A DNA stretch of 63,875 nucleotides, filler included, from Octopus bimaculoides (lineage: Eukaryota), in NCBI RefSeq assembly GCF_001194135.2. It is 4 parts of 4 records of this genome, joined end to end, with 100 filler letters (N's around TTAATTAATTAA, not from the genome) between each part and the next. Parts side by side here need not be neighbours in the genome. Positions count along the whole stretch, not along the records: positions 62,853 to 63,875 come from NW_026305127.1; 3 more parts are not named here. One strand, written 5' to 3'. The notes under the pieces are model-generated. The model was not told the DNA's origin. It did not search any database and saw nothing but the letters and a program-made list of their open reading frames with translations. This document shows, piece by piece, positions 63,093 through 63,875 of the stretch; within the stretch, counting starts at the first letter, position 1; every line of letters starts with the position of its first letter. The position numbers were made by a program, and so were the translations under genes.

Positions 63093-63844
63093 TAGAATGC
63101 AATACAATGCCACGTCAACTGCTTCAGCCGTCAATTACATATTAAGAAATATATAACAATATTCGTAAGTTGCCTGGCTTCGTAACGGTTTGCTATCATA
63201 GATATATCGCATTGTCTAGCTTGTTCTATTAGGTAATCGCTAGGTTTTGTTCATTAATTGATTTTTTTTCTGCTATTCTTAGTCTTCCGATGCCTGTCAA
63301 GCGATAGCTATTGAGAAATAAATCAACAGCAAATAGATTCAAAGAACACACATTCTGAAGAAATCTGATGCCATCCATATAATATCTCTTTCGTATTTAT
63401 TCTGATAATGGAGTTCGTTGTAGATAGAATGAGAGGGAAATGTACGTGAAACCGTATATCCTGTTCATGTTTCAATTCCTATTTGAAGAAGTAGTTTCAC
63501 TCCAATTCAATTACAATACTTACACTCTTTGCATGGGATAATAAATTACAAATTAACATTTCTCATACTTTACGTATATTTGCATTTATGTGAAAGAATA
63601 ATTAAAACCGTACTTAGGTGTCATTCACAGGCGTATAAAACCGGGTAGTATTTTTTTTTTGGGGGGGGGGGGTACCACGCTTTCGCTAGTTGTTTTCGGT
63701 ATCTATGTAGTCGTGAGCAGACGTTGGTACCCTCTTGATACTTCCACTCTTAATCCAGTGTAACACTCAGGATGCAATACCTGGTGAGAGAGAGAGAGAG
63801 TGAGAGCAGAGACGAGGAGAGGCAGAAAGAGAGGAGAGAGAACC

Positions 63845-63875
<31 letters not shown>

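Noticed and set aside
1557-63134. Most ORFs in the supplied track (poly-IY, CV, HT, ER, LS, His, Met, or X-rich)
   Set aside because: They are translations of microsatellites or read through N-gaps; there is no evidence of coding.
63355-63456. CTGAAGA ... GAAAC-CGTA as another hammerhead
   Set aside because: No convincing stem I or stem II pairing; compatible with chance.
63720-63790. Exon-like segment with splice signals on both strands (VLHPECYTGLRVEVSRG or VGTLLILPLLIQCNTQDAIP)
   Set aside because: Orientation is ambiguous, one splice site is weak in each reading, and it lies at the window edge.

Overview
Eukaryotic, AT-rich draft-assembly window with about 8.5 kb (~13%) in some 23 N-gaps and very dense di-, tri- and tetranucleotide microsatellites. 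The SINE repertoire and microsatellite load point to a coleoid cephalopod, probably Octopus (inference). I cannot confidently call any host protein-coding gene; nearly all supplied ORFs are microsatellite or N-gap artefacts. Supported content: (i) three or four tRNA-headed SINE families in many copies; (ii) decayed retroelement ORFs: a Penelope-like RT (29.7-30.6 kb), an RTE RT (34.7-35.4 kb) and an L1/Tx1-type fragment (55.6-55.9 kb); (iii) several MITE-like foldback elements and DNA-transposon ends; (iv) a candidate promoter at 17.6-17.8 kb. The signal most worth following up is a dispersed set of about eight hammerhead-ribozyme-like motifs (CUGANGA...GAAAC-N0-4-NUH). Three are minimal forms on the + strand, four carry long stem-II inserts on the - strand, and one is permuted. 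The two most intact are at 15265-15299 and 54148-54238. All pairings were read by eye; no folding program or database search was run.
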